From positions 2,228-66,227 of the forward strand of contig QZJK01000007.1 of NCBI GenBank assembly GCA_003599295.1: a DNA stretch of 64,000 bases. The letters are read 5' to 3'. The notes beneath the pieces were generated by a model. That model ran no database searches and was not told where the DNA came from. It was given only the letters and a program-made list of their open reading frames with translations. Position 1 is the stretch's first letter. Every line of letters begins with the position of its first letter. Origin of the DNA: Candidatus Parcubacteria bacterium (lineage in GTDB: Bacteria > Patescibacteriota > Minisyncoccia > Phycocordibacterales > UBA2100). This document shows, piece after piece, positions 47,941 to 56,776 of this stretch. Position numbers and translations under genes: made by a program.

Positions 47941-49866
47941 ATGGCACTCAAAGACCTTCTCTCATTCGGAAAAAAAGCGGCTCCTGAAGCGCGGGTGCTT
48001 CCAGTCTTGCCGGAAGAAATCTATGAAGCCGGTGTTTTGGACCTCCAGGACGTCATCGCCCCCCACGCCCTTCGCATTAACTCCCGTGAACTGGATTTGG
48101 GAGAAAAGATCGCTCGCACGTTCTTCGTGATTTCCTACCCGCGCTTCCTCACGACGGGATGGTTCGCACCAATCATCAACATGGACAAGGTCATTGATAT
48201 TTCCATCTTCGTGCACCCGATGGATACAAATGAAATGCTCCGAAAGTTCCAAAAGAAGGTCGCCGAGGTGCAGAGCCAGATCGCGACGCGGGAGGAGAAG
48301 GGCATGGTGCGAGACCCTGTTCTTGATACAGCATACTCCGACCTCGAAAAGCTGCGCGATTCACTTCAGCAGGCCCAAGAGCGCATCTTCGAAGTCGGCC
48401 TCTATTTGACGCTGTACGGAAATACCCGCGAAGAGATAGACAAAGTGGAGAGTGAGGTGCGCTCCATCTTGGAATCGCGTCTTGTGTATATTCGGCCCGC
48501 CCTCTTTCAGCAGGAAAGCGGCTTCAGGAGCGTGCTCCCCTTGGCGACCGATGAGCTCGACGTGCACACAAAGCTCAATTCCGCGCCGCTTTCCTCCATC
48601 TTCCCGTTCATCTCGTTCGACCTCACGAGCGACCGAGGCATCCTCTACGGCATAAACAGGCACAACTCCTCGCTCATTCTCTTCGACCGCTTTTCGCTCG
48701 AGAACTACAACTCAGTGACGTTCGCAAAATCGGGTGCGGGGAAATCGTACATGACGAAACTCGAAATTCTCCGTTCGCTCATGTTCGACACGGAAGTCAT
48801 CGTCATAGACCCGGAACGTGAATATGAATACCTTGCGGAAACAGTCGGGGGGCGCTACTTCAACATTTCACTATCGTCCGAGCACCACATCAATCCGTTC
48901 GACCTTCCAATCCCACGGGAAGACGAGAACCCGGCAGACGTGCTCCGGAACAACATCATCACGCTGGTCGGCCTCTTCCGCATCATGCTCGGCGGTCTCA
49001 CACCGGAAGAGGACGCCATCATCGACAAAGCCATAACGGAAACCTACGCCCTCAAGGACATCACGCCGGACGCGAACTTCGCAGCGGTCGAGCCGCCGCT
49101 CCTTTCGGACTTCGAGTTGGTGCTCTCTGGCATGGAGGGTTCGGATTCCCTCGTTGCGCGTCTCTCAAAGTATACAAAGGGGACATGGGCGGGATTCATG
49201 AACCGTCCGACGAATGTCGACATGAACAAACGACTTGTCGTATTCTCCGTGCGCGACATGGAAGATGACTTGAAACCCGTTGCCATGTACACCATTACTC
49301 ATCACATTTGGAATACGATACGGAAAGAACTGCGAAAGCGGCTCCTCGTCATAGACGAGGCGTGGTGGATGATGCGCGCCGAGGATACGGCTTCGTTCCT
49401 CTTCGGCATCGCGAAGCGCGGACGCAAATACTACCTTGGCATCTCTACCATTACGCAGGACGTCTCCGACTTCTTGAACTCTCCCTATGGCATTCCGATG
49501 ATAACGAACTCATCTATCCAAATACTGTTGCGGCAATCGCCGACATCCGTCGACCTCGTGCAACAAACATTCAAGCTCTCCGATGAGGAGAAATATCTCC
49601 TGCTCGAATCGGATGTGGGGGAAGGCATTTTCTTCGCAGGATTAAAACACGTGGCCGTGAAGGTGATAGCCTCATACACGGAAGACCAGATAATCACTTC
49701 CGACCCGTCGCAGATACTTGCGATACGAAAAGCGAAACGAGAACTTGAGGACGCGAACGCCACGGTCACAGAAACGGCATCTCCGCGGTACGTAAAGGAC
49801 CCGGGCCCCGCGCCGGCAACGCCGGCCGGGCAAAATGCTCCGACCCAAAATCCGGTCGCCGTATGA
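47941..49866 (+). CDS. VirB4/TraE-family type IV secretion ATPase
   Basis: An N-terminal IAPHALRINSRELDLGEKIARTFFVISYPRF segment, Walker A FAKSGAGKSY and Walker B LLVIDEAWWM. Confidence 0.8.
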   Translation: MALKDLLSFGKKAAPEARVLPVLPEEIYEAGVLDLQDVIAPHALRINSRELDLGEKIARTFFVISYPRFLTTGWFAPIINMDKVIDISIFVHPMDTNEMLRKFQKKVAEVQSQIATREEKGMVRDPVLDTAYSDLEKLRDSLQQAQERIFEVGLYLTLYGNTREEIDKVESEVRSILESRLVYIRPALFQQESGFRSVLPLATDELDVHTKLNSAPLSSIFPFISFDLTSDRGILYGINRHNSSLILFDRFSLENYNSVTFAKSGAGKSYMTKLEILRSLMFDTEVIVIDPEREYEYLAETVGGRYFNISLSSEHHINPFDLPIPREDENPADVLRNNIITLVGLFRIMLGGLTPEEDAIIDKAITETYALKDITPDANFAAVEPPLLSDFELVLSGMEGSDSLVARLSKYTKGTWAGFMNRPTNVDMNKRLVVFSVRDMEDDLKPVAMYTITHHIWNTIRKELRKRLLVIDEAWWMMRAEDTASFLFGIAKRGRKYYLGISTITQDVSDFLNSPYGIPMITNSSIQILLRQSPTSVDLVQQTFKLSDEEKYLLLESDVGEGIFFAGLKHVAVKVIASYTEDQIITSDPSQILAIRKAKRELEDANATVTETASPRYVKDPGPAPATPAGQNAPTQNPVAV

Positions 49867-50930
49867 GGACGCCTTTCGTTCGGGCACTTGTACTATCGAT
49901 AGTGTTCGCGGCGATGCTCGGAGCTGTCCCGGCTGGAATGCCTACGCATGCGCAATTTGGCATTCCTGTTGGCATTCCTGGCACGAGTCTTTCCCTAAGC
50001 TCATCCCCTGAACACCCTGCCCCGAACTCATCCGTGCGCCTCTCTCTGCAGAGTGTGTTTCTCGACCTCGCCGATAGCAACATCACCTGGTACGCGAACG
50101 ATGCCGTTATCGCGGAGGGGATCGGGCTCAGGGAAACGAGCCTGATTACAGGATCTCTTGGTTCTGAAACCCGTATACGAGTCGAGGTCGCAGGACAGGA
50201 CGGAACTGCTACCGCAACAGGGACACTTCGGCCGACTGAAGTAGATCTTCTCTGGGAAGCAGACTCGTACGTACCTCCGTTCTATAACGGCCGCGCACTT
50301 CCGTCGCCGGGAAGCAACGTCCGTCTCTTCGCGATACCACGTTTTCAACGTGCGGGAGCTAGTTCTACGGTGTCCCCTGACGAGCTCATATACACATGGA
50401 AGAAAAACGGCCGCGTCGTACAAGCCGTGAGCGGGCGCGGGAAACATACCGTGGTCATGGAAAGCCCTGTCCTTTTCGGGACCGATACGGTCTCGGTCGA
50501 GGCTCGTACTTCAGATGGAGTATTACGCGGCTCGACATCCGTACGCATCGCCTCAGTTGAGCCCGTCCTCTCCTTATACGAGAATCACCCTGTGTTCGGC
50601 ATTTTGTACCACCGCGCACTTCAAGACGGGTCCGTGGTCTCTGAAACCGAAGCGGTGTTTACCGCGGTCCCATACTTCGTTCCCGCCCGAACTCCCGACA
50701 ACAGCGCCCTTGTATACGAATGGAGCATCAACGGAACACCTATCGCGAACGATCCGAGGCACCCGAGTTCTATTACTATCAATGCCGAGGGGTCGAGCGG
50801 GCTCGCGCAGATCGCACTTGCCCTTACGCATGCGACGAACTTCTTCTTGAGTGCCTCAAGCGCTTGGAGTGTCACGCTTTCCGGAACTGGTCAGGGGAGC
50901 ATCCCCGACCTGTTCGGAGTGGAAGAATGA
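49863..50930 (+). CDS. hypothetical secreted protein with internal repeats
   Basis: A signal peptide. It overlaps the VirB4 stop by 4 nt. Confidence 0.45.
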   Translation: MRTPFVRALVLSIVFAAMLGAVPAGMPTHAQFGIPVGIPGTSLSLSSSPEHPAPNSSVRLSLQSVFLDLADSNITWYANDAVIAEGIGLRETSLITGSLGSETRIRVEVAGQDGTATATGTLRPTEVDLLWEADSYVPPFYNGRALPSPGSNVRLFAIPRFQRAGASSTVSPDELIYTWKKNGRVVQAVSGRGKHTVVMESPVLFGTDTVSVEARTSDGVLRGSTSVRIASVEPVLSLYENHPVFGILYHRALQDGSVVSETEAVFTAVPYFVPARTPDNSALVYEWSINGTPIANDPRHPSSITINAEGSSGLAQIALALTHATNFFLSASSAWSVTLSGTGQGSIPDLFGVEE

Positions 50931-50934
50931 GCAT

Positions 50935-52218
50935 ATGCCCGCGACCTCTCGAACATCCAAAATCCTGCGCTATACGCTCATTGGCGTTATCGTGCTTTCG
51001 CTTGCAGGACTCCTCTCTTGGTACTTTTTCCTGCGGAATCAGGGGGACGTGCTTCGCACACAGGATGAAGGGAGGGGGGCCGGTATCGCGCCCCCGTCGT
51101 TCGGAGGCATTATCGGAAGCACGTATGACAATATCGTGGAAAGCATCTCTTCTCTTGCCAATGGAAATAGCGCTGAAGCACCGGCCCAGCCTCCTCGTTT
51201 ATGGCAGATAACGAAAACGCCCGTTGCCGGCATGGGGTTCGTCTCGCCGGAGTTCGGCACAGCTTCTTCAACGGCACGCAACGTGCTGTACACGGTGCGG
51301 TTCGTGGAACGCGGAACCGGTTATGTCTTCGACGCGAATCCGGCAAGCGGGGCGTTGACGCGGCTTACGAACACTCTCGTGCCGCGAGTGTATGAAGCGT
51401 TCGTCGGCATAAACGGCACTCTTATCTTGAGAGGTCTCGATGAAGATACGAGTTTTGTTATGACGAGCGCCGGACTCGCGACGAGTACCCCAACTTCGAT
51501 AAAAGAACCCGCTGCGCTTTCGCTCATAACGCTTCCGCAAGACATCCGAGAACTCGTTCTTAGTCCTTCTGGAGAAGAAGTTCTATATCTTATTGAACAA
51601 TCTCCCGGTTTCTCAGTAGTGCGTTCTGCGTGGAATGGTGGAGATTCCGAACGAGTTATGAAAGTCGGCGTTTCGGGCTGGCAAATCCGTTGGCTTTCGG
51701 ATGACCGCATCATACTGACGCAACATACTGCAGACGGTACTTCCGCTCACGTGTATGCGCTTGAGAGCGGGAGGCTCGTACCGCTCATTCCGGGGGGAGG
51801 CGCGCTCACGCTTCTCCCACGCGCCGGTTCACCTGCGATACTATACGGAAGCGTTTCCGGAAATGCCGCGCTTGCCGCAAGAATAGACGAAAAGACGAGT
51901 GCCGTTCCTATACCCGTATGGACAACGACAGACAAGTGCGTGTGGGCACCCGGTACGGAGCTTGTTGCATACTGTGCCGTTCCTCGGGTATTGCCGAGTG
52001 CGGAAAACGTTCGCGCGAAACTTCGCGGGGAAATCTATTCTTCCGATACCTGGTGGAGAATTGACGTCCGCGCGGGGCGAGCGGAATCAATGTATGACCC
52101 AGGAGGCAACGCCGATATTGATGTTGAAAATCCGATGATAGACGCGGGCGGCAATTACATTGCATTTACCAGTGCGCGCGACAAAACGCTTTGGGTGTTG
52201 CGCATCGGAGAGGAATGA
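50935..52218 (+). CDS. membrane-anchored beta-propeller (TolB/PD40-like) protein
   Basis: The start was chosen at the internal ATG at 50935. It has an N-terminal TM helix and repeated beta-strand blades (WxxDGxxI..). Confidence 0.45.
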   Translation: MPATSRTSKILRYTLIGVIVLSLAGLLSWYFFLRNQGDVLRTQDEGRGAGIAPPSFGGIIGSTYDNIVESISSLANGNSAEAPAQPPRLWQITKTPVAGMGFVSPEFGTASSTARNVLYTVRFVERGTGYVFDANPASGALTRLTNTLVPRVYEAFVGINGTLILRGLDEDTSFVMTSAGLATSTPTSIKEPAALSLITLPQDIRELVLSPSGEEVLYLIEQSPGFSVVRSAWNGGDSERVMKVGVSGWQIRWLSDDRIILTQHTADGTSAHVYALESGRLVPLIPGGGALTLLPRAGSPAILYGSVSGNAALAARIDEKTSAVPIPVWTTTDKCVWAPGTELVAYCAVPRVLPSAENVRAKLRGEIYSSDTWWRIDVRAGRAESMYDPGGNADIDVENPMIDAGGNYIAFTSARDKTLWVLRIGEE

Positions 52219-52219
52219 T

Positions 52220-53131
52220 ATGGCGACGTTTTTCAACAGAACATTGTTCCTCGCGAGCATCATGGCTCTCATGTGGATGAGCGGCATTTCGATAGCTGAC
52301 GCGCAAGCGTGCGGAGACCAACCGAACGGATGTCCTCAAGGACAGATCTGCGTTCATCAAAGCTTCGGTGTTGAGTTTTGCAGCGCGGATCCCGCATTCC
52401 AAGGATGTACCGGTGCCGACCCCTCGAACGGCACGCGCATATGTACCTGTATCTCATCCGGAAGCATCTATACGTGGAGCTGCACGAATAGGAATATTAC
52501 CCCCGACCAGTGTCCCCAACCGCAGCCCAATGTCGGGCGCGCATGCAGCTGCGTACTTTCAGGAGGGAATTACGTGTGGGATTGCGGTTCCGGCGCTAGC
52601 TCCATTCCTGCTGGGCAGCAATCAGCTCCGCCGGCATTCGTGCCTCTTGCCAATGTCACCGGCTCCAAACTCGGTAACTTATACGGCGGTGCGAGCGGCG
52701 ACCTGGCAACGTTCATCGAACGCCTTTTCGGGTTCGCACTATCGCTTGGCGCGATACTCGCGATACTTCGGATAGCGTGGGGAGGGTATCTCTATATGAC
52801 TACCGACTTGTGGAGTTCGAAGGAGCACGCACGAGAAGTCATACGAGAAACGGTTCTTGGCTTGCTGCTATTACTTGCCGTGTGGGTTATCCTTTCTCAA
52901 ATCAATCCGGACATTCTGAGGCTGAACGTATTGGAGACCCTTAAGGCAAATCCCATTCCGGCTTCTTCTTCCGTGCGGAGCAATGCTTTGAGCGGTTCCG
53001 TGCCGATTATTCAAAATCCATCCGGCGGGGCGAGTCTTATTATCCCCCCGGGGACAAATCTAGCCCCTAACTGCATAGTAAATGGCCAGCCCGGTCTTTT
53101 GGGCGAGAGCGGAACATGCTTCCCGCTCTAG
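52220..53131 (+). CDS. Cys-rich secreted protein with two C-terminal TM helices (VirB2/TrbC-like pilin candidate)
   Basis: A signal peptide, 10 or more Cys in the N-terminal domain, then the hydrophobic helices FGFALSLGAILAILRIAWGG and VLGLLLLLAVWVILSQI. Confidence 0.4.
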   Translation: MATFFNRTLFLASIMALMWMSGISIADAQACGDQPNGCPQGQICVHQSFGVEFCSADPAFQGCTGADPSNGTRICTCISSGSIYTWSCTNRNITPDQCPQPQPNVGRACSCVLSGGNYVWDCGSGASSIPAGQQSAPPAFVPLANVTGSKLGNLYGGASGDLATFIERLFGFALSLGAILAILRIAWGGYLYMTTDLWSSKEHAREVIRETVLGLLLLLAVWVILSQINPDILRLNVLETLKANPIPASSSVRSNALSGSVPIIQNPSGGASLIIPPGTNLAPNCIVNGQPGLLGESGTCFPL

Positions 53132-53140
53132 TTAAGAGTT

Positions 53141-53722
53141 TCACCCCGCGTACTTAATTACAACTCTACGATTCCGCCCTTCGCCCTGCGATTCGGTTTT
53201 CACATTCGGCGCATCGGAAAGCGTCGTGTGGATGATGAGACGTTCATAAGAACTCATAGGGGAGAGTTCGACGTCGTATTGGAATGAACGGGCGCGCTCT
53301 GCCATCATGAGCGCTTTGCTTTGCAAATCCTTTATCTGTTTCGAGCGATACTCGTTGACGTCCACCAGAAAGTGCGGTCCCGTACCAGCCTCACCATCTC
53401 CTGCGGATGCTTCTCCGGTTCCCGATGCCGAGCCCTCGCCCAAGCGTTTCTCAACGATCTTCTTTACGAGCATATCGAGCGCCTGCACGGTTTCGCCTCT
53501 CATGCCGATAAGCGCGCGGCCGTCGTCTACCTGGATGGAGAAAATGTTTTGTCCGGCGATCTCGCTTTGAGCCACTCCGGAGTACGCAGCGCCGAGCGCA
53601 TCGAGAAGTTCTTTGATGGCCGCTTCAATAACGGAGTTTGCGTGCATTCGCGCACTATACTCCGTGAGATGGGGCACGTCTATTTTGCGGAATATCGGGC
53701 TGCATTGTCGACGATGAGTCAA
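53141..53722 (-). CDS. jag: Jag/KhpB RNA-binding protein (KH + R3H)
   Basis: A C-terminal R3H domain (YERLIIHTTLSD...RRVVIK). It lies downstream of yidC as in the canonical origin-region operon. Confidence 0.8.
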   Translation of the reverse strand: MTHRRQCSPIFRKIDVPHLTEYSARMHANSVIEAAIKELLDALGAAYSGVAQSEIAGQNIFSIQVDDGRALIGMRGETVQALDMLVKKIVEKRLGEGSASGTGEASAGDGEAGTGPHFLVDVNEYRSKQIKDLQSKALMMAERARSFQYDVELSPMSSYERLIIHTTLSDAPNVKTESQGEGRNRRVVIKYAG

Positions 53723-53777
53723 CAGGAAGAAAAGCGCAACAAATCAAGGGCTGCACTGCGTTGAAGAGCCGTTCGCC

Positions 53778-54497
53778 CTAAAACCGCCTTCCCATCAAAT
53801 ACTCCTGTCCTATCATAAAAAGGTTGCTCGTCGCCCAATAGAGCGGTGCCGCGGCTACAACGTAGTAGGAGATGACCGCGACCATGACGGGAAGTATGTA
53901 GCGCACCTGGAGGTCAAAGCTGCGCGCCATATCAGCGGAGAACGACGCGCCCGCAGGTTGCGCGACTGGAGTGCGTTTACCGGTCGAAAGCCGCGTGTAG
54001 ACGAACTGGGTCACTCCCGCGAGCGCTGCCAAGAGTATGCTGTGGCCGTCCATCGCGATAATGCCCAAAAAGACCATCTCTATGGATTCCGGAACCGGCA
54101 CGAACGAATACAGCAAGGCCATGTTCACTTCCGGAAGTCCGCCGTGAGAGAACACCCAGTAGAGCCCGATCAGAATGGGGAGTTGCACGAGAAGGAGCGC
54201 GAAGCTTGCGAACGGCCGTACGCCGCGCTCTCGGTAGAGCGCAAGTATCGCGCGCCCCTGCTCCTCCCTTTTATCCTTGAACTTTTCCTTCAGCGCCTCG
54301 ACTTCCGGTGCGATCTTCTTCATCTGTATCTGCGTTTCGATCGCGCGCCGCGAGAGCGGGAACAAAATGAAGCGAACGACAATGGTAAGCGCGATGACCG
54401 CAAGACCGACATCGTGAGAGGGGATTAAGCTTACGAAAAACACGAGCCCGTTATAGAGGGGCTCGTATACCAACGTATTGAAGGCTGCTGAAATCAT
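53778..54497 (-). CDS. yidC: membrane protein insertase YidC (short Gram-positive/CPR type)
   Basis: 239 aa with five TM helices and the conserved region ...RRAIETQIQMKKIAPEVEALKEKFKD... Confidence 0.85.
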   Translation of the reverse strand: MISAAFNTLVYEPLYNGLVFFVSLIPSHDVGLAVIALTIVVRFILFPLSRRAIETQIQMKKIAPEVEALKEKFKDKREEQGRAILALYRERGVRPFASFALLLVQLPILIGLYWVFSHGGLPEVNMALLYSFVPVPESIEMVFLGIIAMDGHSILLAALAGVTQFVYTRLSTGKRTPVAQPAGASFSADMARSFDLQVRYILPVMVAVISYYVVAAAPLYWATSNLFMIGQEYLMGRRF

Positions 54498-54545
54498 TGG
54501 AGTAGTATCGCGTAGAGAAGGGCAAGTATCAAGCGGGGACGGGGA

Positions 54546-54887
54546 CTACTGACTCGCTTGAATTTTCCGAAGCAGCCCGTCGATATCATCATGAATCGCG
54601 GCGCGCGGAGCGTTTGCCGCCTCCCGCTTAGCATAAAAAACGAGTGTAAGCGATTTTTGTATGCCCGCAATGCGGGAACTGACCGCTTCGCGACACAATC
54701 GCTTGATGCGGTTGCGCTCCACTGCCTTTTTGGAGACCTTCGTAGATACCACGCACGCGAATTTAGGCGCGACGCCTCCTGAAAACGGAGAAGCCGCGAG
54801 TGAGAAACACGTGCCGTGAACACGCGACTGCCGTTTGCTACCCCGTATGCGGACGAAATCGCTCCGCGAAAGCCTATGCGTGGTCAT
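54546..54887 (-). CDS. rnpA: ribonuclease P protein component
   Basis: 113 aa, basic, with the RNR-like motif KKAVERNRIKR. Confidence 0.8.
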   Translation of the reverse strand: MTTHRLSRSDFVRIRGSKRQSRVHGTCFSLAASPFSGGVAPKFACVVSTKVSKKAVERNRIKRLCREAVSSRIAGIQKSLTLVFYAKREAANAPRAAIHDDIDGLLRKIQASQ

Positions 54888-54890
54888 TTC

Positions 54891-55028
54891 CTACGCCGAC
54901 AAGCGGGCGCGGCCTTTTCGGCGGCGTCGCGCCAAGATGGCGCGGCCAGTACGCGTGCCTGAGCGCTTCATAAATCCATGTGCCCTCACTCGCTTTCGCT
55001 TTTTCGGCTGATAGTTTCTTTTTACCAT
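54891..55028 (-). CDS. rpmH: 50S ribosomal protein L34
   Basis: [45 protein letters not shown], 45 aa. The start was chosen at the internal ATG. Confidence 0.85.
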   Translation of the reverse strand: MVKRNYQPKKRKRVRAHGFMKRSGTRTGRAILARRRRKGRARLSA

Positions 55029-55192
55029 CTTCCTACTATACGACATTTTTGCCGGTATGCAAAGGGAACGAACGAGAAATAGCTTGTCCCCAGAAAATCC
55101 ACACGTTGTGAACACAAACGGTCGCGGGGTGTGTCGCTTCCGCCCGGCACCGAAGCGCGTATAATGTCCTCTCCTGTGCGCATGACGTCTTC

Positions 55193-56554
55193 ATGACTAC
55201 GACAACACTCAGCAACCGTGAACTTTGGCAAAATGCGCTTGTTCAGATAGAGCTAAGCACCTCGGAAACGAGCTTCCGGACGTGGTTCAGGAATACGGAC
55301 ATCGCATCGCGAAGCGGCGGGACAGTGCAGGTCGCTGTTCCGTCGAAAATCGTGAAAGAATGGCTGATGGAGAAGCACGGAAAGCTTATCTTAAAGACAT
55401 TGCGCTCTCTCGACAGCACGGTTCGGACCGTTGAATATGTCGTGCACCGCTCTCCTCCGAAAGAAGAGCGGAAGCCGGGTCGCGCACTCTCTTCTCCGCA
55501 ATCCGCCATCGACCTTTCGGCCCTGTACATCGATAAGCGCGATAATTTGAATCCTCGCTACACATTCGAAACATTCGTCGTCGGGCCGTTCAACCAGCTC
55601 GCACACGCCGCAGCAAAGGCGGTCATCGAGCGACCGGGATTGGCCTACAACCCGCTTTTCATCTACGGCGCAACGGGACATGGCAAAACACATCTCATCC
55701 AGGCAGTGGGGAACTACTTTAAGAAAACACACGCCAATAAAAAAGTGTTATACGTCACCTCCGAGCGTTTCGCGGTTGATTACATGAACGCGGTACGCGC
55801 CGGGCGTGCGAACAGTTTCAAAGATCAGTATAGAAGCCATGACGTTCTTATCATGGATGACGTGCAGTTCATCGCGAATACGGAAAAAACCCAAGAAGAG
55901 CTCTTCCACCTTTTCAATACTCTCCACGACAATAACAAGCAAATTGTTTTTTCTTCGGACAAGCATCCTGCGCTTTTGCCCGGGCTTGAAGAGCGACTCA
56001 AAGGGCGTTTTTCCGCCGGCATGATAGCGGAAATACCTGAGCCGGATGTCGAGTCGCGCATCGCCATCATCAAAGCGAAGCTCGAGAGCCATGGGTTCTC
56101 CATCCCTGAAGACGTCATTCTCTTCATCGCGGAGAATGTCCGCGGGAACATCCGCGAACTTGAGGGAATACTTAATATGATCGTCTGTAAATCCCAGTTA
56201 AAGGGGCGAGGGGTGTCCCTCGCGGATGTGCGGGTCCTCATTAAACACAATGTGCGCCCCGCCAGAGGCGTTTCTGTCGACGAGGTCGTGCGTAGGATCG
56301 CTCAATATTATGAGGTCGCGGAGAAAAGTATTTATGAAAAGACCCGCAAGAAGGAGGTGGTAAAGCCGCGGCAGATAATCATGTACATTCTCCGAGAAGA
56401 ATTCAGTGTTTCATACCCATCAATAGGCGAGAAGTTGGGCGGAAGAGACCATACGACAGTCATCCATTCCTGCGAGAAGATAAAGGAGGAAATAAAATCG
56501 AATACCGCGCTTGAGCAAGAGCTTGATCATATCCGCGCGCTTATACACGCATAG
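55193..56554 (+). CDS. dnaA: chromosomal replication initiator DnaA
   Basis: Walker A GATGHGKTHL, an AAA+ domain and a C-terminal DNA-binding domain IV. Confidence 0.9.
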   Translation: MTTTTLSNRELWQNALVQIELSTSETSFRTWFRNTDIASRSGGTVQVAVPSKIVKEWLMEKHGKLILKTLRSLDSTVRTVEYVVHRSPPKEERKPGRALSSPQSAIDLSALYIDKRDNLNPRYTFETFVVGPFNQLAHAAAKAVIERPGLAYNPLFIYGATGHGKTHLIQAVGNYFKKTHANKKVLYVTSERFAVDYMNAVRAGRANSFKDQYRSHDVLIMDDVQFIANTEKTQEELFHLFNTLHDNNKQIVFSSDKHPALLPGLEERLKGRFSAGMIAEIPEPDVESRIAIIKAKLESHGFSIPEDVILFIAENVRGNIRELEGILNMIVCKSQLKGRGVSLADVRVLIKHNVRPARGVSVDEVVRRIAQYYEVAEKSIYEKTRKKEVVKPRQIIMYILREEFSVSYPSIGEKLGGRDHTTVIHSCEKIKEEIKSNTALEQELDHIRALIHA

Positions 56555-56776
56555 TGTGTGAAGAACGCGTGAATAACGAAAGGAAAAATAGTAATTACTG
56601 TGCATAAAAAATAGGAATTTCAATTTGTTCACAAACAATCCACACTAACCAGACACTTCTCAACAAAACAAAACACTCATTTACCCCAGTCTTTCATTTA
56701 AAAATTACACTTACCAACATTCTCCACACCTATAGTAGTAATAGTATGTATTAAATATATAAACATCTAACAAGGT
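56555..56776. promoter_or_regulatory. candidate oriC (AT-rich DNA-unwinding element plus DnaA-box-like 9-mers)
   Basis: A very AT-rich 220 bp between dnaA and dnaN. Near-consensus DnaA boxes are TGTGCATAA, TTGTTCACA, AATCCACAC and TTCTCCACA. Confidence 0.5.
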
